Assembly: GCA_973895155.1 (NCBI GenBank)
Contig: OZ316892.1
Coordinates: 26,807,233-26,871,232 of the forward strand
Source of the DNA: Marsupella aquatica
Taxonomy: Eukaryota > Plantae > Marchantiophyta
Length of the DNA stretch: 64,000 nucleotides
Direction: 5' to 3'
In this document: one piece after another, positions 50,214 through 63,900 of the stretch
Position numbering within the stretch: position 1 is the first letter of the stretch
How the letters are laid out: every line of letters starts with the position of its first letter
The notes under the pieces: model-generated
What the model was told of the DNA's origin: nothing
The model's database searches: none
What the model saw: the letters and a program-made list of their open reading frames with translations, nothing else
Made by a program: the position numbers and the translations under genes

Positions 50214-50712
50214 TGTGAAACCAAGTTTTTGTCATGGCTACGGTAGTGGCTCTTTAAGTTCAACAGGCTGCTTATGAAAATAATCAAGCTGGTTATCAAA
50301 TAACAAAGTAGAAATTGCTAGGTGCAAGATTATGGACTAAGACACGGTTACCCACTGGTAACCTGAGCTCCATACACTTTTATTCTCATAATCTAGTGCC
50401 CACAAATATAACAGTAGGTAATCTTTTTCAAGGTCCGTTCAAGATTTTTTTATCTCTCATCTCTGTTTAAACCACCATTGGCCATATAAAAAGAGAAGTA
50501 TCCAAGACTTCTTCATTTTTCACATTCTTTTCCTCTAGGGTGAGATTTTGTTTCACAATATTTGTGAAACCAGGTTTTTGTCATGGCTAGTGGCTCCTGT
50601 TTATCAAAATAATCAAGCTGGTTATCAAATAACAAAGTAGAAATTGCTACCGTAGGCGCAAGATTAAGGACTAATAAGACACGGTTACCCACCGGTAACC
50701 TGAGCTCCGTAC
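50214..50712. repeat. ~150-160 bp direct duplication upstream of PDS5 (50214-50375 and 50563-50712)
   Basis: Shared tgtgaaacca.gtttttgtcatggcta, aaaataatcaagctggttatcaaataacaaagtagaaattgcta, taagacacggttaccca..ggtaacctgagctcc.tac. Confidence 0.9.
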
Positions 50713-50719
50713 AGAATTT

Positions 50720-51966
50720 ACGAAGCGGAAAAGGTTGGTTCGGGGGAAGGAGTGGGGAAAAAGTACCGTGGGGGAATGAATGGAGAGGGAGGGAGATTTT
50801 CCCCGGTTTGAAAGAACGAACGATCGACGAGGAGGGCGGGGCGCCTCCTGCGCGTTTGCCATCGATCGACGACGACGACCTCGTGGGATCGATCGATCGG
50901 ATCAGTGCTCAATCGGCACCACAGCAAGAGCATCACAATCAATATCAATCGTCATAAGCACGAGCAGACGCGGAGGTGAGCTGCGATGGGGGCTTGATGA
51001 GGCGAGAGAGCGCAACTTTTGGTACAGTTGGGAGGTGGTGGTGGGGTTTTAGGGTTCCGGACGGGACGGGACGCGAAGGTTACGGACTACTACTCTGCTA
51101 CTGGAGTCGTAGAGTAGTGTTTTTTTCGGAGGGAAGGAGTCGAGAGAAGAACGGAAACGGAGTTTCGCGTTTGAGTTGGGTCATGATTTTTGAGTTTGAG
51201 TTGGGTCATGATTTTTGAGTTGAGTGAGTGGTGAGGGGAGTGAGTTGAGTGAAGAAGTGTAGTGTACTGTGGAGTAGAGTAGGCAGTCAGTCGTCAGTCA
51301 GCTGGCTACTACGACTAGTGTACAGCTACTGGTGCTGTAGCATGGTTCTGGGGACAGAGGGAGGGAGGGGAGCTCGGGAGAGACGGAAGCGTTCGTGTAG
51401 CGTTGAGGTTTTGAAAGGGTCTTTCGCGGTGGCGACAGGTCGGGCAGGGAGCGGAGAGGGTGAGGCTCGACCGGGAGAGAAAAAGAGAGGGAGGAGGTAA
51501 TTGTATGATGTTGTGGAGTGTGGGAAGAGCAGATTAGTAGGAGCCGAGAGACGGAGGAAAGGGGGGAGTATTCGTTATCGGTCGGGCTCGGGCGCGAGCC
51601 GTACGGGGAGTCGTGGCTGGAAAGGAGGGAAAAGGGGGGAGGGGAATTGAGATGGAGATGGAGGAGTGTGGCGAATGCGGAGGGTGAGCAGAGCAGTTGC
51701 ACGGCGCGAAAATGAGGAGGAGCATGGAGCAGCAGCGATGGAGAAATGGGAAGGACGAAGGGAAGGAATAGGTGTATGGTATTAGTTGCTCTCGTGAGTG
51801 ACGAGGTGTAGGGACGTGGTGGTAAATTATTTGCAGGGAGGTGTAGGAAGGAAAGTGACTTGGAGCAGGGACGGACGAGAGTGGAGTGCGGACAAGCAGG
51901 AAGAGGAACAGGAGGGAGAGGTTTTGAATTCGGGCGAGGCCAGAAATTGACAAAAAGGAGGCAAAG
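50720..51966 (+). promoter_or_regulatory. CpG-rich, purine(GA)-rich promoter / 5' leader of PDS5
   Basis: Abrupt change from AT-rich CpG-poor DNA to GC-rich, G/A-skewed DNA directly upstream of the first coding exon; contains a perfect 26-bp duplication near 51169-51220. TSS not determinable. Confidence 0.55.
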
Positions 51967-54900
51967 ATGTTGAAGCAGTTAACTGACATTGGGAAGAAGC
52001 TGACACAACCGCATTCGAAAGATGCATTGGTGAAAGTCTTAAAGGTCGTATTCTGTCCCTTTCTTCCTCATGGGGCTAATGGCCGTCAGACCGAACTCTC
52101 TTCGTTCCCTGGAATCAATTTTTATAATTGCGCGTTCGTCTGGGCATGCTCAGTTTTGGAGCTCTATCTATCCCGTCTCTCCCCCTCTGCCGGGCACGAC
52201 ACCTCTCTTGGAGCTGTGTTCTTGATCACTGTCATACACCCGAGTCTAGGGTGGACTGGTGGCTCGGAGTTTTCACAGCTTCCCGTCTTTGTGAGGGACT
52301 TATGTTGTGCACCTCAACCCTCTCAACCGCACATTAACTTACGCGAAGAGGCTGGTTGAGAACCACAACCTACTTCTTCCTTTTTCCTCTGTGACTCTTT
52401 CTTTTGGAGACACACAGCAGGGTTTCTTTTTGCTCTTCTCTCTCCTTCGTTCTTTTACTTCCTTAATGTTTCCTTCCTTTTTTATTTCTGCCCTGCTTTG
52501 GCACCGGATTCCACTCCCTCCGGAGTCTGCCATGACCTTGGTTAGGTCAAAGTCTTTGTGTCGCTGTCGAAGTTTCAAGAGTGTTTCAAGTCTTGGAAAT
52601 GATGTTAATTGCCCTCTTTATTGCTGGGTATCTGTGGAAGTTCAGTACAAGTGCTTAGTTTGATCCCAACATATTTTCCTGCGGCGCTCCTTTCCTCTAT
52701 TGTGTCATGGTTGGTATTCGCTCATGAAATGAAAACAAGCTTATTAAATACGGTGAACATCTATGAAGCAGGAGTAAAGCTAAACACTTTTTGGTTGTGG
52801 GTACGGAGTGAGCTGTGTTGGAGCTTGATAAGTTTCGCCAAATTATTTGGAATCAAAGGGTCTAATATTATTTGGTGGGTTATTTTGACAACTTTCAGCA
52901 AGCAGCGGCAGTGCTGACAGAAGTTGAGCAGTCACCTTCGACACAGACGGTGACAGCTATGAAACCTTGTACAGACGCGTTGGTTCTTCCCGCACTGTTG
53001 AGACACAAGGACAAAGACGTCAAACTTCTTGTAGCAACCTGTGTGAGCGAGATTATGCGCATAGTCGCACCAGAGGCTCCATACGATGATGATGTTTTGA
53101 AGGTAAGCATGCCAACCCTAAATGGAGTACGAGTTTCCTTTTATTGAAACCATCGAATCGTGTGCCTTCTTGTCCCGACTACGCTTGGCGTTGTGTGTTT
53201 AATAAGCCCATATAAACCACTGCGTTGATTTGTCGTATGTCATTGGTTTCTGTGGTGTGGCTGTTCAGGATATTTTTCAACTCATTGTTGCTATATTTCA
53301 AGGACTCAATGAAGTGTCGAGTCCTTCCTTCTCAAGGAGGGTGAATATATTAGAGACGGTTGCAAAAGTCAGGTCCTGTGTGGTCATGCTGGACCTGGAG
53401 TGCGACGACCTGATTCTGGAAATGTTTCACGTCTTCTTCAACACTGCGAGGTGAAGGTCACTTCATCCTTAGATGGTAGAAAGTTTATGCTTGGGCTAGG
53501 ATGAAACGCCTGGTCAGTAAAGTGGTAAAGTTTGTTTATTGGGAGATTTCGATACCTTCGTCGTTTGCCTGTTGTCGCCCTGAAAATGGAGTTTGTTGGA
53601 ACTGCAGTGAAGAGCATCCTCAAAATGTCTTCGTTGCCATGAGGAATATCCTGGCCTTGGTAATAAAAGAGAGTGAAGAAGTTTCTCTACCATTATTGGA
53701 AGCTGTCCTTAGCAACATATTGAAGGACAATAAGGTACAGTTAATTGGTGTTGGGCAATTTAGACCTTCTCTGAGGTACTCGAGACTCTTGCTTGTAGCG
53801 CTATTCAGTTCACTAGATGATTTTGTTTCCAGATATTTCTCTCACCAGTTGTCCGTCTGAATGCAGGACGTATCCCCGGCAGCACACAAGTTGGCAGTGG
53901 CTGTGGTGGAGAGATGTTCAGACAAGCTGGAACCCTATGTCCAGAAGTTCTTAACATCTGTAATGTTGGAGGGGAAGCCTGCAGAGAGCGAGCTACAGGA
54001 GGATTACCATGACATTATCTATGAAATTTATTGCTGTGCACCGCAGATGCTTCTGGCAGTCATTCCTAATTTGACACAAGAGTTAGTGGTGCGTTCTCAA
54101 CCCGAAAATACTATCACGTCAGGGTCACCTGCTCTTTTGGTTGTCCTACGGATCTGTTTACACTGCGGTTCAAGATGATAACTTCCCAATTCTCTCTCTG
54201 CAGACAGATCAGATTGATGTGCGTCTGAAAGCAGTGAAGCTCCTAGGAAGACTATTTGCTTTGCCAGGGAGGCATGTAGCCAAGGAGTACAGACAGCTTT
54301 TCTCCGAGTTCCTCAAACGATTTTCGGACAAAGCGGTTGAAGTTAGGTTGGCAGTTATTGAATGTGCCAAGGCATGTTTTGAAGCAAATCCTACAGGTCC
54401 GGAGGCCACAGACATTTTAGGTATGGACAATTCCCCTCCACCCATGAAGGTGTGCTTAGTGGTCGTTCTGAACAAGTTTTCTCGTAAATTAATTGCCTCT
54501 ACTCGATCTTGGAGCAACTTTCAAGATTCTTGGAACTAATTGGAAATAAATGAAATTCGTGGAAATAAATGAAAATGTTTCACGGAACTGAGTTTTTTGC
54601 CAGAATGGCGTGGAGGAATTCATTGTCTGTTAGCAGCTGTGGTTATGTTGTTGCACTTAGGCTCTTTATGATGATGTACGCTGGATCCGTTGTGCTCAAG
54701 TGAAATTTGACCTTCTTCTTGTTGAATGATCAGCTGGATTCAAAGAGCGTCTGTTGGATTACGACGATAAAGTACGGATGGCAGCAGTTAAAGCTCTCTG
54801 TGACCTACTTAATATTAACTCAAAATGGATCCCAAAGGACACGTTCAAACTTGTCGCAGAACGTCTTAGAGACAAGAAGGTTGGTTTCACTTGGTTTTGC

Positions 54901-57900
54901 TTCCCTCTCAGCTGAAAGACCATTCTGGTGACCAGTTCATGTGATATAAAGATGGTTTGTGTGAGAGGGATTCAATTGAAGTTACTGGTTTGGATCCCTA
55001 AGCATCGTCGGGCTCTTAGGCTCCGTCAATAACATTCAGTTATCTTCTCTGATAGGGATATTGGCATTCTACGCCTATGCTGACTTCTTTTCATGATTGC
55101 AGTTATCTGTTCGGGAGGATACTTTGCACAAGCTGGCAGAAGTGTACCGTAACTACACAACTAAGTGCAACGAAGGGCTGTCAGCTGTGGATGACCAGTT
55201 TGAATGGATTCCGAGCAAGATTGTGCGCTGTTGTTACGATAAAGATTTCCGGTAGGCTTGATCTTCATCCCGTCATAGTCTGATTACTGTTGAGGGGTGC
55301 CTTGTGGGAAACCCCCTATATGAGATTTGTCCTGTGAAGTATTTTTGTGATGGGTTGTATCCCCGAAAGATCTCGGACGACATGAGGGTGAAATAACGGT
55401 GTTGGTGTTCTTGTGCAGACCACAGAGTATTGAGATTGTGTTCACAGATGAGCTTTTCCGCGTGGAGATCCGATTGGAACAGAGGGCCAAGCACTGGATG
55501 GCCATGTTTGCTGTGTTTGATAAGAATGATGAAAAGGCTTTCAGAAACATACTGGGGCAAAAGCAAAGGTTGGTGTTCCTGCTAGAAAAGTTTCCGACCA
55601 ATGTAGACCTAGATGGCCTGGCCTGGTCTGGTCTGGTGTGGTCTGGTCTGGTCTGGTGGCCCTCTTTCCCTTAATTTGAAATAGGTTTTATTACACCCTG
55701 TGTGATAATTATTCCCTTCGACCTTCTGCATCATAGTGCTTGCTCAACGTTGGTGTTCATGAGCAGTTTGTTACCTGGCCGAGTGACAGATTTCATCAGA
55801 AAGCCATTTTGTTGGAACTGTGCTTCAGGCTACAGGTGGAGATGCAGAGCTATCTTGGAATGAGGAAGAAAAGCAAGGTGAATGTTGATCTAATATTTAT
55901 TGTATTATTACCTCTATGGCCCTTTTTGAGGTGGTTGTTTGAATGCATGCTTGTTGATATATTTGAAGTCTGTTTGAATGTCATCATCTCGTCTTCAGTT
56001 TGACCTTGTACTTGAATGCAACTCGTCTTTGCATGTTCGATCATCAATTGAGCTTTTATCCAGTTGCTCTACTTATTTTTCCTCTCAGATACAGAACAGT
56101 TTTTGTGACCCGGGTTTGAAGTAACCGTAAATCTCGCTGAAGTGTCCCTTCGGTCGAGTACCCGACCTTTGAGACGTCTTTGACCGGTTTATATGCTTTT
56201 AACTGTTTGAGCAATGCAGGAAGACGATAGTCCTGATCTGCAGAAAAAGATCCAGGCGTCTTTCAAAGCGATAGCAACATCGTTTTTTGATTCATCCAAG
56301 GCGGAAGAAAATATGCAAAAGCTACATCAAATGAAGGACAACAACATTTTCAAATCACTCAACGTTCTCCTGACTCCTACCACTCCATTCAAGCAGGCTC
56401 TGGCTACCCGTGTATGTGACTTTCCTGTTTCTCAGAGCAAGAGTTAGCAAGCATATTTCCTCGACGTGAAGCGCTTAGGGACCTATCTGGCTTGGTTTGG
56501 TTCATATAGCTCGTTGCTTTTGTCATGTTTCGTTTTCTGATATGTTCTCCTGCTTCTGCCGAGTTAAACTGGTGTGGTTTGCTGTTCATGACACAAATCC
56601 GAAGTGTCCTAGTTGTAAAGCTGCCGCTATGTTCCTTTATCCAGGAGGACTTACTGAAGAGGATTGGGGAGAAACACCCACAGCATGATTTCATAAAGAC
56701 TCTTGCTACAAAGTGCTCATTCCTTCTATTCGAGAAGGAACATGTTAAAGCAGTCTTGGAGGATGTCAGTATAAATCAGAAGTCAGGGAATAGTGAACAT
56801 GCCACTGCAGGCCTGTCTTTGCTGGTGGTAAGTCTTTCTGACTCTTATGAATTTTTTTGCTTGGCCTTTGCGTTTGGTGTTCGTCCAGCTAACGGGTCTT
56901 TACAGTCCCAGTCATACTCTAGTTTTACATAAATAGAGCATGACAATGACGAAAATGTCCCTTTGGGAACCTTTCTCCAGGAATTCGCTGGTTTTTTCCC
57001 TGCCTTGCTGGAGGGCACAGAAGGAGATCTACTGGAATTGCTCAAGGAAAGTGATGAAGCAATCAAGGAGGGTGTTGTTCATGTTCTAGCCAAGGCTGGA
57101 GGCTCTATCCGGGATCAGATTTCGAAGAAAGAGAGGTGTGAAAACTTGGGGCTCAAATGCTTAAGCTTTAATTGTGGAGCGGATTTTCAGAGCTGAGAGT
57201 CGCTTGTCCTTCGGATATGACAGTGGGAAGTTTGACCTTGATCTTGCAGTTCAGTAGACCTCACGCTGGAGCAACTTGCCCTGGAGGGCAGTCGCAAGCA
57301 GGCAAAACATGCCGTGTCTGCTATAGCTGCCATCTCAGCAGATTCGGGGCTGAAGGCACTGTCGGTTTTATACGGGGTATGCTTCATTTTCGTTGCCCTA
57401 TACATTACTTTTGTGGTACGCAGCATGATTTATATGCTCCCATTTTCCTGTTGGCACGAACTCTTATTGTTTCTTATCTTGGGCTTGTAGGTTTTTTGGT
57501 AAGTTGTGGCTTCATTTTTGTTGTTAGGGTTTTGTGGGGCTCCTGACTCATTTCTTTGTACTGAGAAGTTATCGTCATGACTATACAGCGCCTTGTGGAT
57601 CTTCTCGACGACAAAAATCACCTTCCTACAATCCTGCAGTCTCTTGGCTGTATTGCTGAAAATGCTATTCCAGTTTTCGAGACTCGTGAAGAAGAAGTTG
57701 TTCGGTTCGTCGTGCGCAACCTACTCAAACGTGAAAGTGTAAGTTGGCCCAACCCAATCTGAAATGTGAAATTTCGTCGGCTCCAATCTGACACGATACA
57801 GTCTCGCTTTTTTAACTTATATTGATTCATTTCTTTCCTGTTAACACGGGATGGCCAAGTCGCATAGAGGAGGGACAATCATCTAAGTATTGAAGATGTG

Positions 57901-60900
57901 AAACACGCATTGTCACCAGACAATGTGTTTGGATTGTCGCTTCTTGCGATCTGTTTCCTATGGGTGGAGGATGATTTCTCTGGGTCCAATTGTACAGGTT
58001 CACAGAGAAGGATGGAAACCTGATTTTAACAATCCTAGCGAGGAATGTCTTTTGAAGGTACGATTGGTAACAATCTTTCGCAATTGTTGCTATCTTGGCA
58101 GAACTTGGTTTAGGCGGGGTCAAAGGTGGTCAACTTTCTTTTCTGGCATTTAAACGGTGTGGGCCAGAGATTGTAGACAGCTGCCAATGAATACGCACGT
58201 CTTCTTCGTAGAGGAAGCATATGGAACTCTCGATTGTTTTCTGACAAAATGTCTTTGCAGATTTATGGTATAAAATCTCTGGTTAAGAGCTTTTTACCCC
58301 ATAAGGACGCTCAACTTCGGTCAGCCAAACTCAAAGGTCTACTGGGAGTGATAGCCAAACTTCTAACCTCAGGAGAGGTTTCAGATGATATCAAGTCCAG
58401 GTTTGTGCAGTAGTTATTTTCAGTCTTTGAAACTGTCTTTATAATCAACTAACAACATAATTTGTACGTCTGGCACATGCTATATGTTCACCCTCGTGTG
58501 TCAATTCACGTCAAGTCTGCTCAATCCTATTGTTTGGTGTGCAGTGACATTGACAGAGCGAATCTCCGCCTGGCTGCCGGCAAAGGAGTTCTTCGGCTGG
58601 CGCGACGATGGGACTCACAGATATCCCCTGCTGTTGTTCATTCGACTCTTTTGTTAGCACAAGTAAGATATCACACCTCCTGAATCAGTCATTAGAGATC
58701 ATGTCACTTTTGGTTGTAGAAAGACACGCAAATTGGTAGTCTGAACGCGGGGAAGGCGAATATCCAAGTTTACTTTTCTGCTTACAATTTGTGTCATTCA
58801 ACGACTGCAGGATTCTTCAATTGAAGTGAGACAGAAGTTTTTGGCCAAGGTACATCAGTACCTGAAAGAGAGAGCTCTGCACCATAAGTACGCCAGCGTG
58901 TTTGCCTTGGTTGCAGTGGATCCACTGAGGGAAATTGTGACTGATGTAAGTTTCCTCTCTGGAGGGAGGAATCCGTTTGTATTTTGGTGCGAGGATCGTT
59001 TCGCATGACAATTGAATTTGGCCTAGATTTTCTGTGGTTTGCCTTACTGGCTTCTGAATATCCTATCAGTTTTTGATTTTCTCACGAATGTCTTCTATAT
59101 CGTTTTCAGGGAAAACGCTACCAGGCAGATTTTGTCGACTCTAGTCGTCGGGAAGCTCGTTCGAAACAAGTGTCACTCTCCGCACAAATCGAGGGGACAA
59201 CCATCACTCTGCATCCGGAATATGTTCTGACTTATTTAGTTCAAGTTCTTGCTCATCAGCCACAGTTTCCAAGTGATGCAGCAACTGCTGAAACTACAGC
59301 CTATGAGCCTGCTTACAAGTGAGTATCTTCTAATGAGGACTGTACAGTACTCAGATTTCCCAACTTGAGCTCCGTACATTACTGCTTGAGACAAATATTA
59401 AATTGCTCTCAAACTGAATGCAAAATGCACCTTATGATCAACAGGCAACTGTTATCGTTCCTCCGAGCTTTGGTCCACCAGGATGGAGATGGTCGCGGAG
59501 AACAAGGAAAGAAGGAAGATGTTGACAATTTACCTGCGATTTTAGCCATATTTCGTACCATCAAGAATGCAGAAGATCTCGTTGATAAAGAGAAAACAGA
59601 GGTCAGTTTGCCACGCAGATACTTCCGCAGGCTCTCAGGCCTTCCATAATAGAATGAATGGACAGTTAATTAATTCACTAAGGCACATTATCCCCACTTG
59701 ATTCTTGCGTGTGAAGCTGTCTCACTTGAAAAATGTTACGGGAAAACCACATATTATTCTCTTCTCAGCATATGCTGCTCAGTGGAGATTGGTTTTTGGT
59801 AGACTCATGGGTTCTTGGTAGACTTTTGGTCTTCGTGAATAGTTTATCTGTCTCTTTTATGATCTGTTGCAAGGAATTTAGTCACTCAAAAGTGTGTCTG
59901 GACCCAATCATTCTGACATGGTTGCCTATGAACCTCATGTCATGGACTTATTATGCGATTTTTCGTTCTTTAATCGTCACAGTACTAATGGAAAATATTT
60001 GATTCACGATTGCAGAAATTATATGCACTGTGTGATATTGGAGTTGTCATTACCAAGGAGCTGGGGAAAAAGAAGCACTTTTCAGGAGAGTATCCTGGCA
60101 CCATACCTCTCCCAGCTGCGATTTACAAACCAATTGAAGTCTCTGAAGGTGAAGAGGCACCACCTGCGAAGGTATTATTCTATTCGAAGGATTCAGTATT
60201 TCATGAGGCAGAGCCTTACTTAGCATATGCACTTGTGAGAACTGAAGTCTTTCATTTGTCAGCCTGGGTACTTAAGGATGGCATGTTTGGGTTTATAGAA
60301 TTCTTGGCTTCCCTGTCGCGTGAGCAGCGGCTCTGGTGGCATTGTTCTTTTCGGCGGAACTGTTCTGAATTGATGTATTCCTCCTTTTTGTTGGTTCATT
60401 CTTTAGGTTGATGGCAGCCATCTTCCACCATGCTTCATTGATAGTGATGTGCTGATACGATTCCGACCTGTAGGCGGTGCTGCAAGAGCTGGGCAGGTTT
60501 GTGAGACATCCTTATTATTCAACTCCACTCTTGCATTTGAGAGGTTTGCATTGGCGCTGAGAAGTTGTATTCGCGAGTATGGACTAATTATTAAAAAGCG
60601 GCTAACAGCTTGTTGTCTTTGGTCAGCCTTCAAGCCCGCGGGGAAATAAGAGGGACAGAAGAACCCTTGACGGGGATTCTTCCGATGAAGAGAATGAGAA
60701 AGATGAAGCTGGCGATCCCCATGCTAAGAAGAGCAAACACAGTGAACCTACAGATGAGGCAGGAGCAGGACCTGTCAAAGATGAGACTTCAACCAAGCAA
60801 TCTCGAGGGAGGAAGAAAGTAAACGGGGACAACCAAAAGAATGGAATTGTGAAGGTCACAAAGGAAGTGAAGGCCGAGGAAGAGCCGTCACCAAAGCGAA

Positions 60901-63900
60901 AGCGAGGTAGGCCAAAGGGGTCAGGTACTAAGGCCAGTGCCACTGCGGAGGCATCTGAGGATTCGGCCTCGAAGGCTCGTAAGCAAGAGGGTAGAAAGCA
61001 ATTGGTAGATACTACAGCATCGGAGAAGGCGAGTGCGAAGAAGAAGTCCGATGGACAAGAAGTAACAAAAGTGGGAAGTGGACGAGAGAAGGTGCTATCT
61101 TCATTCCTATTAGCTTACACTATTACGTTGAAAAAATGAAGAGGCATGCCCCAGAAATAAAGTGCAAATATCATTATGATGTCGATTAAGTGTGCATTGT
61201 AATATGTGAAGAATACAGAAGAGATGACTATCCATTCTATTGTTCATATCTTGTCTGCTACTCCCATTTGTGACCGATTCGGTTATAATGTCTATCAGAG
61301 ATCTGCAGAGGCGACTCGAAGCCCTATACCATTCCAGGCAAAACCGATTGCGAAGCAGAGTACCCCTGTGACTGAAAAGGTTTACCTAGAGTCCCTACCT
61401 TGCTTTTGTGATTTTGAACACGGAAGCAATATATTTTAGTGGGGAGAATACCGTCATTATGTGTTCTCAGACCCAAAAACTCGTTCTGTCTTGCCTGTGA
61501 CAGACTCCTTTGAGGAATCATGCTGGTCTCCAAGAGGAGGAGCTGATTGGGTGCAGGATTAAAGTGTGGTGGCCACTTGACAAACGGTAACGTCATCGCA
61601 ATAATCGTTGTCACCCTGAACTTGTTGTCCATCGATGTGTTTTATCATTTTCTGCGAACGATGACTATGAATAGTTCCACTGTCCACTCACAAGTAGCGA
61701 TTTCCGTTGGTGGGAAGTCAAAAGTTTATGTTCGTGCTAGGCTTTCGCACTTAAATGGCATGTTTGAGATATAGCTGTCTCACCTTCGTGAGATGATATG
61801 GACGTGTGGGTGGTGGACAGGTTCTACAAAGGAACGGTGACACAGTATGATCCTAAGAAGAATAAGCATAAGGTCCATTTCTTTGCGGCTTTGTTTTTTT
61901 TGGGTGTTATCTTGAGAAGTTAACTGATGCGACTAATTAAGTGCGAATTGAATTATTGTATCAATTTCTCATTACAAGTCTTCACGTTTACAGTTTGAAT
62001 GTCTGCTTCAAAACTTCTGGCGTGTGTAACACGCATTAACAGTGGTTTTTCCCATATTTCGAAGTATTATGACAGTACCCTCGTGATAAACTTCTATTTA
62101 TTTTTGATTTTTTAAATTGCATTGGTTTACGCTCTGTAGATAACCTATGAAGATGGAGAGAAAGAAACTCTCGTTCTCTCGAATGAGAAGTACGAAATTA
62201 TCGACAGTAGTAAGGCGATGAGGAAGGTATGTGACACTGCATTTCGTGTTAAACACGTGGCAGCCTATTCGTAGTCATCGGAGGAAGAAGAGCCAGAACC
62301 TTTCTAAACACAATGTGAAATCGCTTACGAAGTTCCATTCAAATCATATGAAGACTGGAAATTCAAGAAATGATGTCACGCTTCCAAAAAGCATATATAT
62401 TAGCTACTGTTTTCTAAGATGTGATGGAGATAGCTTCCATGCCCATTATTCGTGGAACTAAACAAGCAGTGCTGGATATATGTTGCACAGGAGATAGCAG
62501 AGAAGCCACCCGCAACACCACCTACCAATCAGTATGGGTGTCTCAATTCAGTTTTGTTTGGTTTTACGTTCTTGAGTAAAATTGGAAGTTTTATGATTTG
62601 TAGTCTAAAGCTACAGCAGTAAGGCAAGTAATGGTACCCATCTTCTGGTAACGTCATGTCTGGAAAGTAAACTTGTAAATTGAAATGTTATCAATTTGGA
62701 TCTGCGTGATGTATCAGATCGGGAAAGCTGAAACGGAAAGCTGTCGACAATGGAAGTCAAAATTCAGGTCCTTTAGACAAGAAGTAAGGATGCCCTTTGA
62801 TAACCGTTTGGTCTCTATACTTGTTGCACTGCCGCTGATTTTCCTTTAAATGAATTAATCTGGCCTCCTTGGGGATGGCTTAGTTGAACATTTGTACTTC
62901 TTTTGCTTCTTGCCCAACAGCCTGTAATTATCTTCGAATCGTGTACGTGTTCTCTTCATTACTTCTTCTGACAGCAGTTTGGATTTTCGATAGGAGGGCT
63001 ATTACCAAAGCTGGGAAGGAAACAAGTGCTCAAACATTACAAGGGGTAGGTAGGGGCCTTGCACAAGCCAAGAGTGGCAGTCTGACAAGCCCGGCATCCA
63101 AAACTACGAAGAATACGGCATCGATTTCCGCTGGCCCTTTTGCATTCAGTGACGATGATGATGGCCCTGCAAGCGAAAAAGGAGGAAAGAAAGCTAAAAC
63201 GAACTCTGGTGAGGCCGCTGCTAAAGGTCAGTCAGTCATTGTAGCTTATCTTCACGTTTCCCAGCTATTAGCGAAGTCTTCCAGAAACTTTTAAGGAGTA
63301 GCATTTGAGTAATTCATTCGTTCATTCACCTGTCTTGGCAGCAAAGCCCGGGGTCGCAAAAGTTACAGAGGGGCTTTTCTCTTCTAGGAATGGTATCAAG
63401 AATTATAAGCTGCAAACCGCTAATTTAGAGCATGAAATTGTGTTCCATGGTGCCAGAATCTCGCAGTCACACCTCCAGGAAATGTCTTCTCTGCACCACG
63501 AGGATTGACAATTTTTTATTCCTGATTTCCTGAATAGAGGCACATTTGCTCTCTGATGTAGCATTGTCTCTTTCTGGATTCTCATTTGTATCCGGGATGG
63601 TTGTTTCGCAGGTTCAGGTATGACAATCAGGGTTAAGAGGAGCCACGAAGGGACACCCAAAGAGAGTTCAGAAAAGCTGAAAGAGAAATCGTCAGAGAGA
63701 TTTACAGAGAAGCTGAAAGAGAAGGTGGGTGCAGGCAAGCAGAAAGAGAAGCCAGCAGAAAAGGTGGTGGAGATTGAAAAGGCAAAGGGAAAAATTGAAA
63801 AAGTCAAAGAAAAGATGCAGCTTGAGAAGGCAAAAGCAGCTAAGGCAGCAGACAACAATAAGAGGCTCGTTGAGAAAGGGGAACTTGAGAAGTTGAAGTG

